Shown in pieces: positions 9,201-17,672 of a DNA stretch of 64,000 nt; positions within the stretch are counted from its first letter, which is position 1, and each line of letters opens with the position of its first letter. The notes under the pieces are model-generated. The model ran no database searches, was not told the DNA's origin, and saw only the letters and a list, made by a program, of their open reading frames with translations. Source of the DNA: Candidatus Woesearchaeota archaeon (lineage in GTDB: Archaea > Nanobdellota > Nanobdellia > Woesearchaeales > JAZDKJ01). The stretch lies in contig JAZDKJ010000006.1 of the NCBI GenBank assembly GCA_043803105.1, positions 64,001 to 128,000 of the forward strand, in the 5' to 3' direction. The position numbers and the translations under genes were made by a program.

Positions 9201-12046
9201 GTCTTGGAAAGTATGTTTCCGAAGGAATCGTACGTGAATTGTGTCTCTGGATTTGTGCCAAGGCTATTGTAGTTCATTACTTTAGTCAGATCGCCTTTGC
9301 TTACTCCAACTGTCTTGTTGTCATAATAGTAAAATTCTTGTTTAACAATCGTGAGGTTATTCCGGCCTAGTAGGCTGTAGTTTGAAGGTTTGCTGACCAC
9401 AAAGGACGTCAAATTGTAAACATAACCAAAGACTTCAAATTTCTCGTCACCGGTAAATTGTGCGTTTCCCAGATGCATAATTGATACTGGGTTGCTGTAG
9501 TAATCGTAAGAGAAGGATGTATTGATGGTAACTGGTTGCGGGTTACCGTCAAATATGGATGAAGATGTTCGTCTTAAGAAGATAGTGCGGTCATCCGTAT
9601 AGTCAAAGAAATTTGAGTCTTCTTTTAATTTTATGCTTGAATTGTCGTACATGATTGTCTTGTATTCTCGGCCTTTCAAGACCTTGTCTTGGTGGAATAA
9701 GTGAGTTCTGACTGATTTGTCCGGGAGGCTTTCGTTTACTTGGCCGAAGCCCCGGAATTCTTGGTCTTGGTAACTGTATTTTCCTCCAGAATAATAGTAG
9801 GAATTCGTTGAAATGATGGAAAAGGGCTGTCCTAATGAGTTGTTGAGGGTCAGGTTCCCTACTATCCAAAGATTGAATCCTAAGTCCCAACCGTTGTTTG
9901 CCAGGGTTGACTGTGCGTACCCGATGTTGGTTTTTCCGCCGTAAGCGTTAGTTACTTGTTTGAGCAGGAAGGCACTGTCAGCCTTTTTGATGAACGTAAC
10001 ATTTTCGTAGCCGGTGCCCTGGTAGGCAACAACAATATCTGGGTAACCGTCACCGTTGACGTCAGCGATCCTGCGCCCGATATTGTAGCCTGCGGAGGTG
10101 AATCGTACTGGGCTCAGCCAGCCTGCTTTGGAGACCCATCCGGTGCCGTTATTGAGTTTGGTGTTGGTGTTGAAGCTTGCGTTGTAGGAGATGATTGTGC
10201 AGTTCTCAGTACTGTTCTTTAGTTCCATGCAGGTTAGGTTGATTTCTCTCTTCGTGATGTTGCTGAAGAAATTTTGTAGGATGTCCACGAGCTTGTCGCC
10301 GTTGATGTCCATGAATCTTACTCCTAAGTCTGGTCTGTCTCCTGGGTAGTCTGTGAAGGTTAGGTTTGGCCTGAAACCTGTGTTGTTGAGCCAGCCTGAA
10401 CCGTTGTTCAGCCATGCGCTGCCCGGGGTTCCGCCTTTGATTAGGTCGGGGAGGGCGTCGTTGTTAAGGTCCAATATTCTTAAACTGTTGTCCTTGCTGT
10501 CGTTTGTTGTCAAGAAGTCCGGGAGAAGCCATTCGGAAACGTTTTTCCATCCGGTTCCGTTGTTTAGGTAGGTTCTTTTAACATTTGGAGATCTTGCAAC
10601 AGTTATGTCTGTTCGCCCGTCGCCATTAAGGTCTACAAACTGTACTCCGAGGTCTTTTCCTTCGCTGTTAACAAAATATTCGGGAATTGGCCATTGCGTA
10701 GTGGAATTTGTCCACCCTGTGCCATTATTTAGGAATACTGCTTTTCCGGTGTTGTTTTGGGAGATTATGATATCTATTAGTCCGTCAGAGTTTATGTCTT
10801 CAAACCTTGTCCCTTTGTCCTTGCCCTCACTGTCGACAATATTTATACTGGCCGGAACAACCAGCATTGAGCTGTTTGCCCAGCCGTCAATTTTGTTGTT
10901 TATACTAGTTCTGTGGGGACTGCCTGCTTTGGCTTTTATTAAGTCAGGAAAGCCGTCATTGTTTACGTCTAGGAGTCTGACCCCGAAATCCTGGCCTTGA
11001 GCAGAATTTGAGGAAAAGGCAAAGTCTGCCGGGACAACCCATTTGTTTGTGGTGTTGTCAAAACCCTGTATTGAGTCGTAGTACTGGAGCCGGATGGTGT
11101 GTACCCGGGTGTCGCCAAATCCAAGATAGGTTATGTTTGCAAGAGATGATAGTGAATTCCAATCATTGAGGGTTTTGTAACCTAGGGCGTATTTCCTCAC
11201 CGGAGTTTCGTCGTTGTAGATGACAGTGATTTGTTTTAGTCTTCTGCTTGTGTCAACAACGTTTCCTTGCTCGTAGGCCATTCTGCGGTCAGGTCTGGCT
11301 TGACTTTCGTATGTGAAGGTGATGAGTTTTAGACGGTCAGTGTTGTACGTTATATTATCTAGGTATGCTGTTCCTTTGTCTTCCGGAAAGGGATTTTGTT
11401 TGTAGGCATAAAGTATTGTGTTGTTATGCATGTCTTTAACTAAATCCAGGTTCCATCTGACGCTATAGTTTCTTCCGGAGTTGGAGCCAAGTAAGGAGTC
11501 TGCAGTGTAGCCGAACCTGTATTGCATCCCGTTGACTGTTGTTACCAAAAAGTATGTTTTTCCATTGTGACTTAAGTTTTGTATTCTAAGTTGCCGCGGA
11601 TTGATTTCCTTTTTGAAAGCAGTTCCGTTAAAGCCGAACTTGTATCTATTGTTATTGATGTTTAGGATGAAATAGTCGTCTCGGGTGTTGTCTAGACTGT
11701 AGTTTACGTGTCTTAATATAGAATTTTCCGATACGGACCATCCTGCTCCCAGAATTCCTGGTCTTTCGGTTCCTGATTGGCTGTTGTATGTTAGGGAGAG
11801 TGTTGGCTGCATGCCTGCGGCACCGGGCGGGACTTTGATGTCATAAGTGTATGTGCCGGCACCGAGGTATAGTTCGGTGGTAAAAGTTCCGAAGGTGTCT
11901 AGTTTTGGCGTTGAGCCGACGCTTGGCTTGTGAAGGTAAGGCTTGTATTCATCCGCAGCCAAGGCAAGAGAGGATAACAGAATCAGCAAAATGAGAAGTT
12001 TTGCTATTCGAGAAAATGCCTTCCCCGAAAAATAGAACTGTACCAA
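6251..12046 (-). CDS. Secreted SpvB/TcB-like + FG-GAP propeller + YD-repeat protein with C-terminal DNRLRE-like and Ig-like domains (no Rhs core)
   Basis: Signal peptide; VPPGAAGMQPTLSLTYNSQ...GAGW (SpvB-like); repeated DVNNDGFPDL/DLNGDGRTDI; EFRGFGQV; many YD/YDxxG repeats; DAYIR...LIKFNLS...WTETGVTW...PYLNITY. Confidence 0.9.
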   Translation of the reverse strand: MVQFYFSGKAFSRIAKLLILLILLSSLALAADEYKPYLHKPSVGSTPKLDTFGTFTTELYLGAGTYTYDIKVPPGAAGMQPTLSLTYNSQSGTERPGILGAGWSVSENSILRHVNYSLDNTRDDYFILNINNNRYKFGFNGTAFKKEINPRQLRIQNLSHNGKTYFLVTTVNGMQYRFGYTADSLLGSNSGRNYSVRWNLDLVKDMHNNTILYAYKQNPFPEDKGTAYLDNITYNTDRLKLITFTYESQARPDRRMAYEQGNVVDTSRRLKQITVIYNDETPVRKYALGYKTLNDWNSLSSLANITYLGFGDTRVHTIRLQYYDSIQGFDNTTNKWVVPADFAFSSNSAQGQDFGVRLLDVNNDGFPDLIKAKAGSPHRTSINNKIDGWANSSMLVVPASINIVDSEGKDKGTRFEDINSDGLIDIIISQNNTGKAVFLNNGTGWTNSTTQWPIPEYFVNSEGKDLGVQFVDLNGDGRTDITVARSPNVKRTYLNNGTGWKNVSEWLLPDFLTTNDSKDNSLRILDLNNDALPDLIKGGTPGSAWLNNGSGWLNNTGFRPNLTFTDYPGDRPDLGVRFMDINGDKLVDILQNFFSNITKREINLTCMELKNSTENCTIISYNASFNTNTKLNNGTGWVSKAGWLSPVRFTSAGYNIGRRIADVNGDGYPDIVVAYQGTGYENVTFIKKADSAFLLKQVTNAYGGKTNIGYAQSTLANNGWDLGFNLWIVGNLTLNNSLGQPFSIISTNSYYYSGGKYSYQDQEFRGFGQVNESLPDKSVRTHLFHQDKVLKGREYKTIMYDNSSIKLKEDSNFFDYTDDRTIFLRRTSSSIFDGNPQPVTINTSFSYDYYSNPVSIMHLGNAQFTGDEKFEVFGYVYNLTSFVVSKPSNYSLLGRNNLTIVKQEFYYYDNKTVGVSKGDLTKVMNYNSLGTNPETQFTYDSFGNILSKTDPLGNPTFYQYDATGTLKTQDLNALGHQTLYDYYLPIGYLLTLQRDGIINYFDYDVGDRLITEIYPPDNIISPSKNYTYYFDGVAPEIIRMQTKNNATSYSEDYFIYDGFGNVVQTKTKYSATKQIVKNYFYDSKFRIKAEQNPYFDPYSTSLATPLPGPNISYTYDALDRTTKVMKQNAKSILILFNKTTVSQFDENHNRIDYLLDVYGRIIKVREYNTNFTGGREIYNTTYRYRADDLLMNITDSKGNLFVFEYDSLGRKTSFKDPNMARWRYVYDLNGNLINQTDGRNKTISLVYDTLNRVVRKSVVNNTVKFFYDVQYKGTLSNITLNASPSVPISFKYYYGERLRVIKESVYMPVTSTFKQWVNTSIDYDSSDRVIKMYLPQTNLNYSYNLIGKVAKAQGFLDSVNYNAFGSQSNKTFANGIAVKYSFDNLGRTTGLRSTVQALNYSYDSLGNILQINDSRNNKLYSMQYDNLSRLTTTKISDFNSMEHERLIYQYDRIGNMLRTISDKYNSTFSYSNLPHTPSVVTKISRPSATIQLTLIKPNQSTTVSQFRFFNVTGQACCRQNDCWGINLTLDPIEEGFTTNTETHCDGSSCNLAIYSGTRFVLEDGTWKKIESAHSLKDTLKYSIEQDPGFPVEVVDFNLTSITLNVGIASSWNLLRGIPLRVYSRFNSTALPRDTSGNIVNKDISVNFFSKEKKTAVIDLSDTAETVLTQAFKWGEHSTLVTIRDTSSKNLGDAYIRSQATYNRTNYGTDIRLMVRNTTTSMMYSLIKFNLSQIPREALVENARLHLHIYANNLPSGASANISVYRIYHTYNWTETGVTWAKRPNATQFNHTAADKINIAHGTSSQYIFWNVTSIVRQKKMNESFYLYTNSQLVTTGGDVDFNSRDSTGSKPYLNITYILKGKVSTTKGETPFYTTTANPYLVDLQQNECKNVTWKVNATGTKRDYLFFINASKISNNSIKAKSNLVTITIT

Positions 12047-12203
12047 ACAATCCCCCAGAACTACCTTTGAAAAGGCTACTTTAACTAATTATGTAATCAC
12101 ACAAGAATAATATCTGACAAAGCGCCTTGCATTCTTTTCACAAGTTCTTTCTGCAATCATAAACCACTGTGCAAGAAGTAGACCCATTCCCCGTATAGAC
12201 AAG

Positions 12204-12218
12204 CGAAAGTTTTATATA
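12204..12218 (+). promoter_or_regulatory. Archaeal BRE-TATA promoter
   Basis: CGAAAG-TTTTATATA, 25 nt upstream of ATG 12243. Confidence 0.7.
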
Positions 12219-12242
12219 CCAACATTCTCAGTTGCATACTCT

Positions 12243-12812
12243 ATGGTATCGACTTTTAGAGATATACTAATATTTTTCGATAAGATCGGTGTCTATGATG
12301 TTATCCTTCCCTTTCTGCTTGTTTTTACGATTGTCTTTGCAATACTTGAGAAGACAAAAGTCTTCGGCACAGAAGAGGTTGCGGGCAAGAAGCAGACAAG
12401 GAAAAACATCAACGCGATGGTTGCCTTTGTCATCAGTTTCTTTGTTATTGCCTCAAGCAAGCTTGTCGAGGTCATAACAACTGTGTCTTCCTGGATGGTC
12501 ATACTCCTTTTGCTCTCAGTCTTGTTTCTTATACTCATCGGCTCGTTCATGAAAGAAGGAGAGGGTGTTTTCCTACAGGGTGGCTGGCAGACGCTTTTCA
12601 TGATTATAATGTTTGTTGGTGTCGTTGCCATTTTCCTTGAGGCCATCAAGACTGACAAGGGAGAGCCCTGGCTGGAGTTTGTCATCAGGTTTGTTGTCGA
12701 AAACTTCACAAGCACAGCGGTTGCTTCAATTGTGCTTATACTTGTCATCATTTTGTTTATGTGGTTCATCGTGCATGAGCCAAAGCCTAAGGCTGTTGAG
12801 AAAAAAGAATGA
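12243..12812 (+). CDS. Polytopic membrane protein, paralog 1 of 3
   Basis: YDVILPFLLVFTIVFAILEKTKVFG...NINAMVA; ~5 TM helices. Confidence 0.8.
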   Translation: MVSTFRDILIFFDKIGVYDVILPFLLVFTIVFAILEKTKVFGTEEVAGKKQTRKNINAMVAFVISFFVIASSKLVEVITTVSSWMVILLLLSVLFLILIGSFMKEGEGVFLQGGWQTLFMIIMFVGVVAIFLEAIKTDKGEPWLEFVIRFVVENFTSTAVASIVLILVIILFMWFIVHEPKPKAVEKKE

Positions 12813-12823
12813 GGTGTTAGAAC

Positions 12824-13411
12824 ATGGTTATCAGTGGGAGTTTCCAAGAAGCTTTGCAAAACCTGGAGGACCTCGGATTGTCTGATGTACTTCTTCCTTT
12901 CCTTTTGGTCTTCACGATCATCTTTGCTGTGCTGCAGAAGACCAATATTCTTGGCAAGGACAAGCGCAACTGGAACATAATTGTTGCCCTGGTTATTTCA
13001 CTTTCTGTTGTTATTCCGCACGTCACAGGCACTTATCCTGCTGACGGCGACATTGTAACGATAATGAATCACTCTCTGCCTAATGTCTCGATTGTGATAG
13101 TTGCGATCGTGATGTTCCTGATACTGATTGGCCTTCTCGGTGGCGAAGCCAAGTGGATGGGTGGCTCTCTTTCCGGATGGATTGTGATCCTGTCAGCGAT
13201 ACTCGTGTTTTTCATATTCGGCAGGTCTGCTGGCTGGTTTGAGACATTGCCAAATTGGCTTCAGTGGCTGGACAATTCAGAAACGCAAGCCTTGATTATT
13301 GTCATCCTGGTGTTTGGCATAATCATCTGGTTCATCACAAAAGATGACAAGAAGGAAGGCCCGCGCACGAAGTTCATGAGCGACATTGGTGACTTTTTCA
13401 AGGGAAAATAA
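12824..13411 (+). CDS. Polytopic membrane protein, paralog 2 of 3
   Basis: SDVLLPFLLVFTIIFAVLQKTNILG...NIIVAL; GAGGTG RBS upstream. Confidence 0.8.
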   Translation: MVISGSFQEALQNLEDLGLSDVLLPFLLVFTIIFAVLQKTNILGKDKRNWNIIVALVISLSVVIPHVTGTYPADGDIVTIMNHSLPNVSIVIVAIVMFLILIGLLGGEAKWMGGSLSGWIVILSAILVFFIFGRSAGWFETLPNWLQWLDNSETQALIIVILVFGIIIWFITKDDKKEGPRTKFMSDIGDFFKGK

Positions 13412-13969
13412 ATGGCTACTCCAATCGACTTTGGCTTTTTGGCAAAGTTTGGGGACATTTTTCCCTTTTTATTTGTCTTGATTGTTGTCTATGCAGCCTT
13501 GGTTAAGATAAAGGTTTTTGGTGACAACAAGACCCTTAATGTGCTCATCGCTCTTGTTCTTGCACTGATAACAATGCTCTCCCGGACCGCAAAGGATTCT
13601 ATAATGCTCATGGCTCCCTGGTTTGTCTTGTTTTTTTTTCTCTTGGTCTTCCTGTCTATTGCCTATATGATGTTTGGCGCAAAGACTGAGGATTTCTACA
13701 GTGTGCTCAAGAATTACTCTTCTGCAATTTACTGGGTGCTTGCGATTGTCATCATGATATGGCTTGGCTCCATCACCTCAGTTCTCTCGCAGCAGGGTGG
13801 GGTTGGCACAACTACAACAACCACCACAGTCAATGCTTCAGGTTCTGTGATGTCTTCTAATCAGCAGAGCGCTTTCTGGGCTACGCTTACTCATCCAAAG
13901 GTCTTGGGTTTGGCTTTGATATTGTTGATTGCGACCTTTACAATTCAAAGGCTTACCTTAAGCCAATAA
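13412..13969 (+). CDS. Polytopic membrane protein, paralog 3 of 3
   Basis: GDIFPFLFVLIVVYAALVKIKVFG...NVLIAL; abuts the previous stop. Confidence 0.8.
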   Translation: MATPIDFGFLAKFGDIFPFLFVLIVVYAALVKIKVFGDNKTLNVLIALVLALITMLSRTAKDSIMLMAPWFVLFFFLLVFLSIAYMMFGAKTEDFYSVLKNYSSAIYWVLAIVIMIWLGSITSVLSQQGGVGTTTTTTTVNASGSVMSSNQQSAFWATLTHPKVLGLALILLIATFTIQRLTLSQ

Positions 13970-13998
13970 TCGAAGACCAAAAATTATTGAAGAATTAA

Positions 13999-14643
13999 TC
14001 AAGGCCTCTTCTTTATCCCCTTTGTTATCCTTGACAGTTCGCTTACATTCTCTGTGAATGTTGGCAATATTTGCTGGAACACCTTTTCCATTGCCTTTAT
14101 TTCAGTGCCCACGTTGAGAATGTTCTGGTCATATTCAGCTATCTTTCCAATTAGCGCCTTGTGCAATTTGTCAAAGCTCTCCTTTAGGTCTTTCATCTCC
14201 TGCTCGTTCTTGAGTAGTCTTGCCTCTGTCTTGTCTTTCCAATCCACTATCTTGTTGATGTTCTTTATGAGCTCGTCCCATTTTTCATCGATTATGGTCT
14301 CTGCCATCTCTTCGATGCGCTCCCTCTCGCCTCCAAACATTGCCTGGGATGGGTATTGCTGGCCCTGGTCATAGCCTTGCTCTTGTGGCATAGGTTGCTG
14401 CATCTGCATTTCCTGGTATCCCTGCTGTGGAGCTCCTGTTTGCAGGTCAGCCTGGCTTAATGCATCAAAAATCCTTGCAGAATCAAATCCATCCCGTTGA
14501 AGTGTTTGTACTATCTGGTTGTTTGTTAAGCCTTGTTGCCTCATCATCATGACTTGGTCCACAGGCAAGCCGCTCCCTGGTTGCGGATTGTATTGTGCTG
14601 GTGCGCTGCCTTGGCTCTTCTTTCCAAAATTGAATAGGGCCAT
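13999..14643 (-). CDS. Hypothetical protein, Q/P-rich N-terminus and conserved-looking coiled-coil C-terminus
   Basis: 214 aa; IEEMAETIIDEKW...VGTEIKAMEKVFQQILP; GGTGA RBS. Confidence 0.75.
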   Translation of the reverse strand: MALFNFGKKSQGSAPAQYNPQPGSGLPVDQVMMMRQQGLTNNQIVQTLQRDGFDSARIFDALSQADLQTGAPQQGYQEMQMQQPMPQEQGYDQGQQYPSQAMFGGERERIEEMAETIIDEKWDELIKNINKIVDWKDKTEARLLKNEQEMKDLKESFDKLHKALIGKIAEYDQNILNVGTEIKAMEKVFQQILPTFTENVSELSRITKGIKKRP

Positions 14644-14687
14644 CTTTGTTTCACCGCTTTTTAGCTAGAACATGCAGTCGACGATAT

Positions 14688-15161
14688 TTAAACCTTTCGT
14701 TCAGCTAGCATCTCCTCAATTATCTTTTCTACCTCTCTTCTCGTCACAAAATTCACCGGCGCCCACATGTTGATGTATTTCTGCAGCACATTGACCTCTT
14801 CTTTTTTTGCGCAGAGCCTTATCTCCTTGATTATTAACAGCAAATTGTTTTGCATATCATCCAGGATGTGCCTAAGTTCGTTGATATCCATGTTTACCGT
14901 CTTTATCTCTGTGATGTTTTTCTTGTTGTAGCTTAGCATGTTCTGGTCTGTTACCTGCATCTTTCTTCGCAGGTTTGTGTACTGCTCTTCGAGTATCCTG
15001 AGCCTTCGGGTTAGTAAGGTTACCTCGCTTAGTTTCTCATTTTTGTCTTCTGCGAACATGGTTCGCTTCTTGTCGTCAGGGATAAGGCTATCCATGACAA
15101 GTCCCTTCTCTTGGCAGTTTATTAAATTTATGTTCCCATACTGTAGTGGTACATGCACCAT
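14688..15161 (-). CDS. Hypothetical coiled-coil protein (start uncertain)
   Basis: RRLRILEEQYTNLRRK...LQKYINMWAPVNFVTRREV; minus-strand TTTTATAA ~24 nt upstream of 15161. Confidence 0.7.
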   Translation of the reverse strand: MVHVPLQYGNINLINCQEKGLVMDSLIPDDKKRTMFAEDKNEKLSEVTLLTRRLRILEEQYTNLRRKMQVTDQNMLSYNKKNITEIKTVNMDINELRHILDDMQNNLLLIIKEIRLCAKKEEVNVLQKYINMWAPVNFVTRREVEKIIEEMLAERKV

Positions 15162-15233
15162 CGAAAGCTTTATTAAGCACTATATTATAAAATGTACAAA
15201 ATAAATAAAAAAATATAAAATATATTTTATAAT

Positions 15234-15383
15234 ATGAAGCGTCCTATTAGCGCAACGATTGATGAGGGTCTGTTAGATTGGGTTGATTCCCAATTGGCTG
15301 ACACTAAACGGTATAGGAACAAGTCTCATCTAATTGAGATTGCGCTTGAGCTGTTAAAGTCTGAGGTGCAAAAAAAGAGGTAG
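15234..15383 (+). CDS. Ribbon-helix-helix (CopG/Arc) regulator, 49 aa, below the ORF-track cutoff
   Basis: Manual translation MKRPISATIDEGLLDWVDSQLADTKRYRNKSHLIEIALELLKSEVQKKR; stop is 3 nt before the ATPase start. Confidence 0.8.
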   Translation: MKRPISATIDEGLLDWVDSQLADTKRYRNKSHLIEIALELLKSEVQKKR

Positions 15384-15386
15384 ATC

Positions 15387-17669
15387 ATGGCTTTGTTTTC
15401 GTCTGAAAAAGTATGCAGTTACGAGCTCGTTCACCAGGGTGAGGACACGATCCTCCGGGTCAATTGCGAGGAGTGCTCCCGCATCCCTAGTGTTGAGGAT
15501 AATGGTTTGTGCATGGCAAAGACCATTGAGAAGCTTAGCGAGGCTGGCAATGTCACCAAGCTCGTCTTTGCTCAGAAGCGGGATTATGAGTATGATTATG
15601 CCCAGACCCAGATGCTCTTAGAGGTTGCAAGGCTCTACACAAAGCTTGTGAGGCAGAGGATTGTAAGTTATGATGCCCTTTCCCAGAAGCTTCCGAGAAC
15701 TGGCACTGACGATAAGTATGCTGAGATACAGAACATTGTCTATCATCTCTTGAAGAGTGATCCCCTTGGCGCCTATGTTGAGTTGAAGCGCATTCTAAGA
15801 AGGGAGAAGATTGAGCTTGAATCCCTGGCTGATCCAAACATGGTAAACAGCCAGCAAAAGTACATTTCTGTGATATCCTATCTGATCAATGTGCTGGACA
15901 AGACCCGGCTTGTTACTGTCGCCAAGCCCTATCTTGCAGGCTATCAGGTCGGCGACCGCGACATTTACAGACGGCTTTTCTCTCCCACAATCAAGCCCGA
16001 TTTCATGTATACAAAGCTCATGGCTAATTATCCTGTTGATGGTGAGGAGATGGACAGCTACGACGTAAACGGCGCCGAGATCACAATCTTTGGCCTTCCG
16101 GATACGACACAGGTGCTCTATCATGTTCTTCCACCTGAATTCAAGCTTAGCGAGGACAAGTACGACCTGCTTGATATTGCTAGGAAGATCCTCTCAGAGC
16201 ACAAGCCCAACAAGTCTGAGTTCGTAGATCCAGAGCGCATGCGCCATGTTTTTTCTTCAGTTGGTTCGGACCTTCTTGAGGAGCTCTCTGCCAACAGGGG
16301 CATGAGGCTAAGGGATTCTGAACTTCAGGAGTTGACTGAGATCCTTGTTAGGTATACAGTTGGTTTCGGCCTTATCGAAGTTCTGCTAAATGATGAGAAG
16401 GTTCAGGATATTACGATTAATAGCCCGATGGGCCAGATTCCCATGTTTCTTGTTCATTCTGATTATGATGACTGCAAGACAAATATCATCCCCACTATGA
16501 CTGAAGCAGAGTCTTGGGCCTCCAAGATGAGGATGATTTCCGGTCGACCACTTGATGAGGCAAATCCCATCCTAGACACCGAGCTTGTCTTGCCAGGTGC
16601 TAATGCTCGCGTCTGTATCGTTTCACCCCCTTTGAACCCCAGCGGCCTTGCTTATGCCTTCAGGCGCCACAGAGACAAGCCATGGACTTTGCCGCTTTTC
16701 ATTAATAACAGGATGATGAACCCGTTGGCTGCTGGGGTCTTAAGCTTCGTGATTGACGGTTCAAGGACAATACTTGTTGCAGGAACAAGGTCTGCAGGCA
16801 AGAGCTCCCTTCTCGGTAGCATGCTTGTTGAGATTATGCGTAAGTACAGGATAATAACTATTGAGGATACTCTTGAGCTTCCATGTGACCAGCTGCGAAA
16901 GCTCGGTTACAACATCCAGTCCTTGAAGGTTGCCTCAGCCCTGTCAAAGGGCGGTGCCGAGGTGCCTGCTGATGTGGGCATCAGGACCACCTTGAGGATG
17001 GGTGACTCTTGCCTGATTGTCGGTGAGGTGCGTTCAACCGAGGCTCGATCCTTGTATGAGGCTATGCGCGTCGGAGCTTTGGCAAATGTTGTTGCAGGCA
17101 CAATTCACGGTGATTCCCCGTACGGTGTATTCGACCGTGTGGTTAACGATCTCAACGTCCCGAAGACGAGTTTCAAGGCAACTGATATTATTGTTGTTGC
17201 AAACCCTGTGAGAAGCGCTGACGGATTGCACAGGTGGAGGCGCATCACGCAGATAACTGAGGTGCGAAAGCACTGGCAGGATGACCCGATGGCTGAGAAC
17301 GGTTTTGTCGATCTTTTCAAGTACGACGCAAGGACAGACCAGCTTGAGCCTTCAAAAGATTTGATGAATGGTGAGTCAGAGATTCTCAAGTCCATAGCAG
17401 GGAATGTCAAGGAATGGGCTGGCAACTGGGATGCTGTCTGGGAGAACATAATGCTGCGCACCCAGATAAAGCAGGCTATTGTTGATTCTGCCAACACCCT
17501 GCGCATGCCTGACCTGCTTGAGGCAAAATTTGTGATCCAATGCAATGACCAGTTTCACCGGATTACCGAGCAAGTTAAGGAAGAGTTTGGTACTGTCGAC
17601 GCCAAGCGCGTTTTGTTCAACTGGACGAGCTGGTTGAATAGGACAGTCAAAAAAATCAATTTGAGCTAA
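15387..17669 (+). CDS. Type II/IV secretion / type IV pilus assembly ATPase (FlaI/TadA/VirB11 family)
   Basis: Walker A GTRSAGKSS, Asp box TIEDTLEL, Walker B LIVGEVR, His box GTIHG, SGRPLDEANPILD. Confidence 0.92.
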   Translation: MALFSSEKVCSYELVHQGEDTILRVNCEECSRIPSVEDNGLCMAKTIEKLSEAGNVTKLVFAQKRDYEYDYAQTQMLLEVARLYTKLVRQRIVSYDALSQKLPRTGTDDKYAEIQNIVYHLLKSDPLGAYVELKRILRREKIELESLADPNMVNSQQKYISVISYLINVLDKTRLVTVAKPYLAGYQVGDRDIYRRLFSPTIKPDFMYTKLMANYPVDGEEMDSYDVNGAEITIFGLPDTTQVLYHVLPPEFKLSEDKYDLLDIARKILSEHKPNKSEFVDPERMRHVFSSVGSDLLEELSANRGMRLRDSELQELTEILVRYTVGFGLIEVLLNDEKVQDITINSPMGQIPMFLVHSDYDDCKTNIIPTMTEAESWASKMRMISGRPLDEANPILDTELVLPGANARVCIVSPPLNPSGLAYAFRRHRDKPWTLPLFINNRMMNPLAAGVLSFVIDGSRTILVAGTRSAGKSSLLGSMLVEIMRKYRIITIEDTLELPCDQLRKLGYNIQSLKVASALSKGGAEVPADVGIRTTLRMGDSCLIVGEVRSTEARSLYEAMRVGALANVVAGTIHGDSPYGVFDRVVNDLNVPKTSFKATDIIVVANPVRSADGLHRWRRITQITEVRKHWQDDPMAENGFVDLFKYDARTDQLEPSKDLMNGESEILKSIAGNVKEWAGNWDAVWENIMLRTQIKQAIVDSANTLRMPDLLEAKFVIQCNDQFHRITEQVKEEFGTVDAKRVLFNWTSWLNRTVKKINLS

Positions 17670-17672
17670 AAA

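Noticed and set aside
12293-12859. 188-aa minus-strand ORF
   Set aside because: Antisense shadow of a well-formed membrane-protein gene that has its own promoter; no recognisable motifs.
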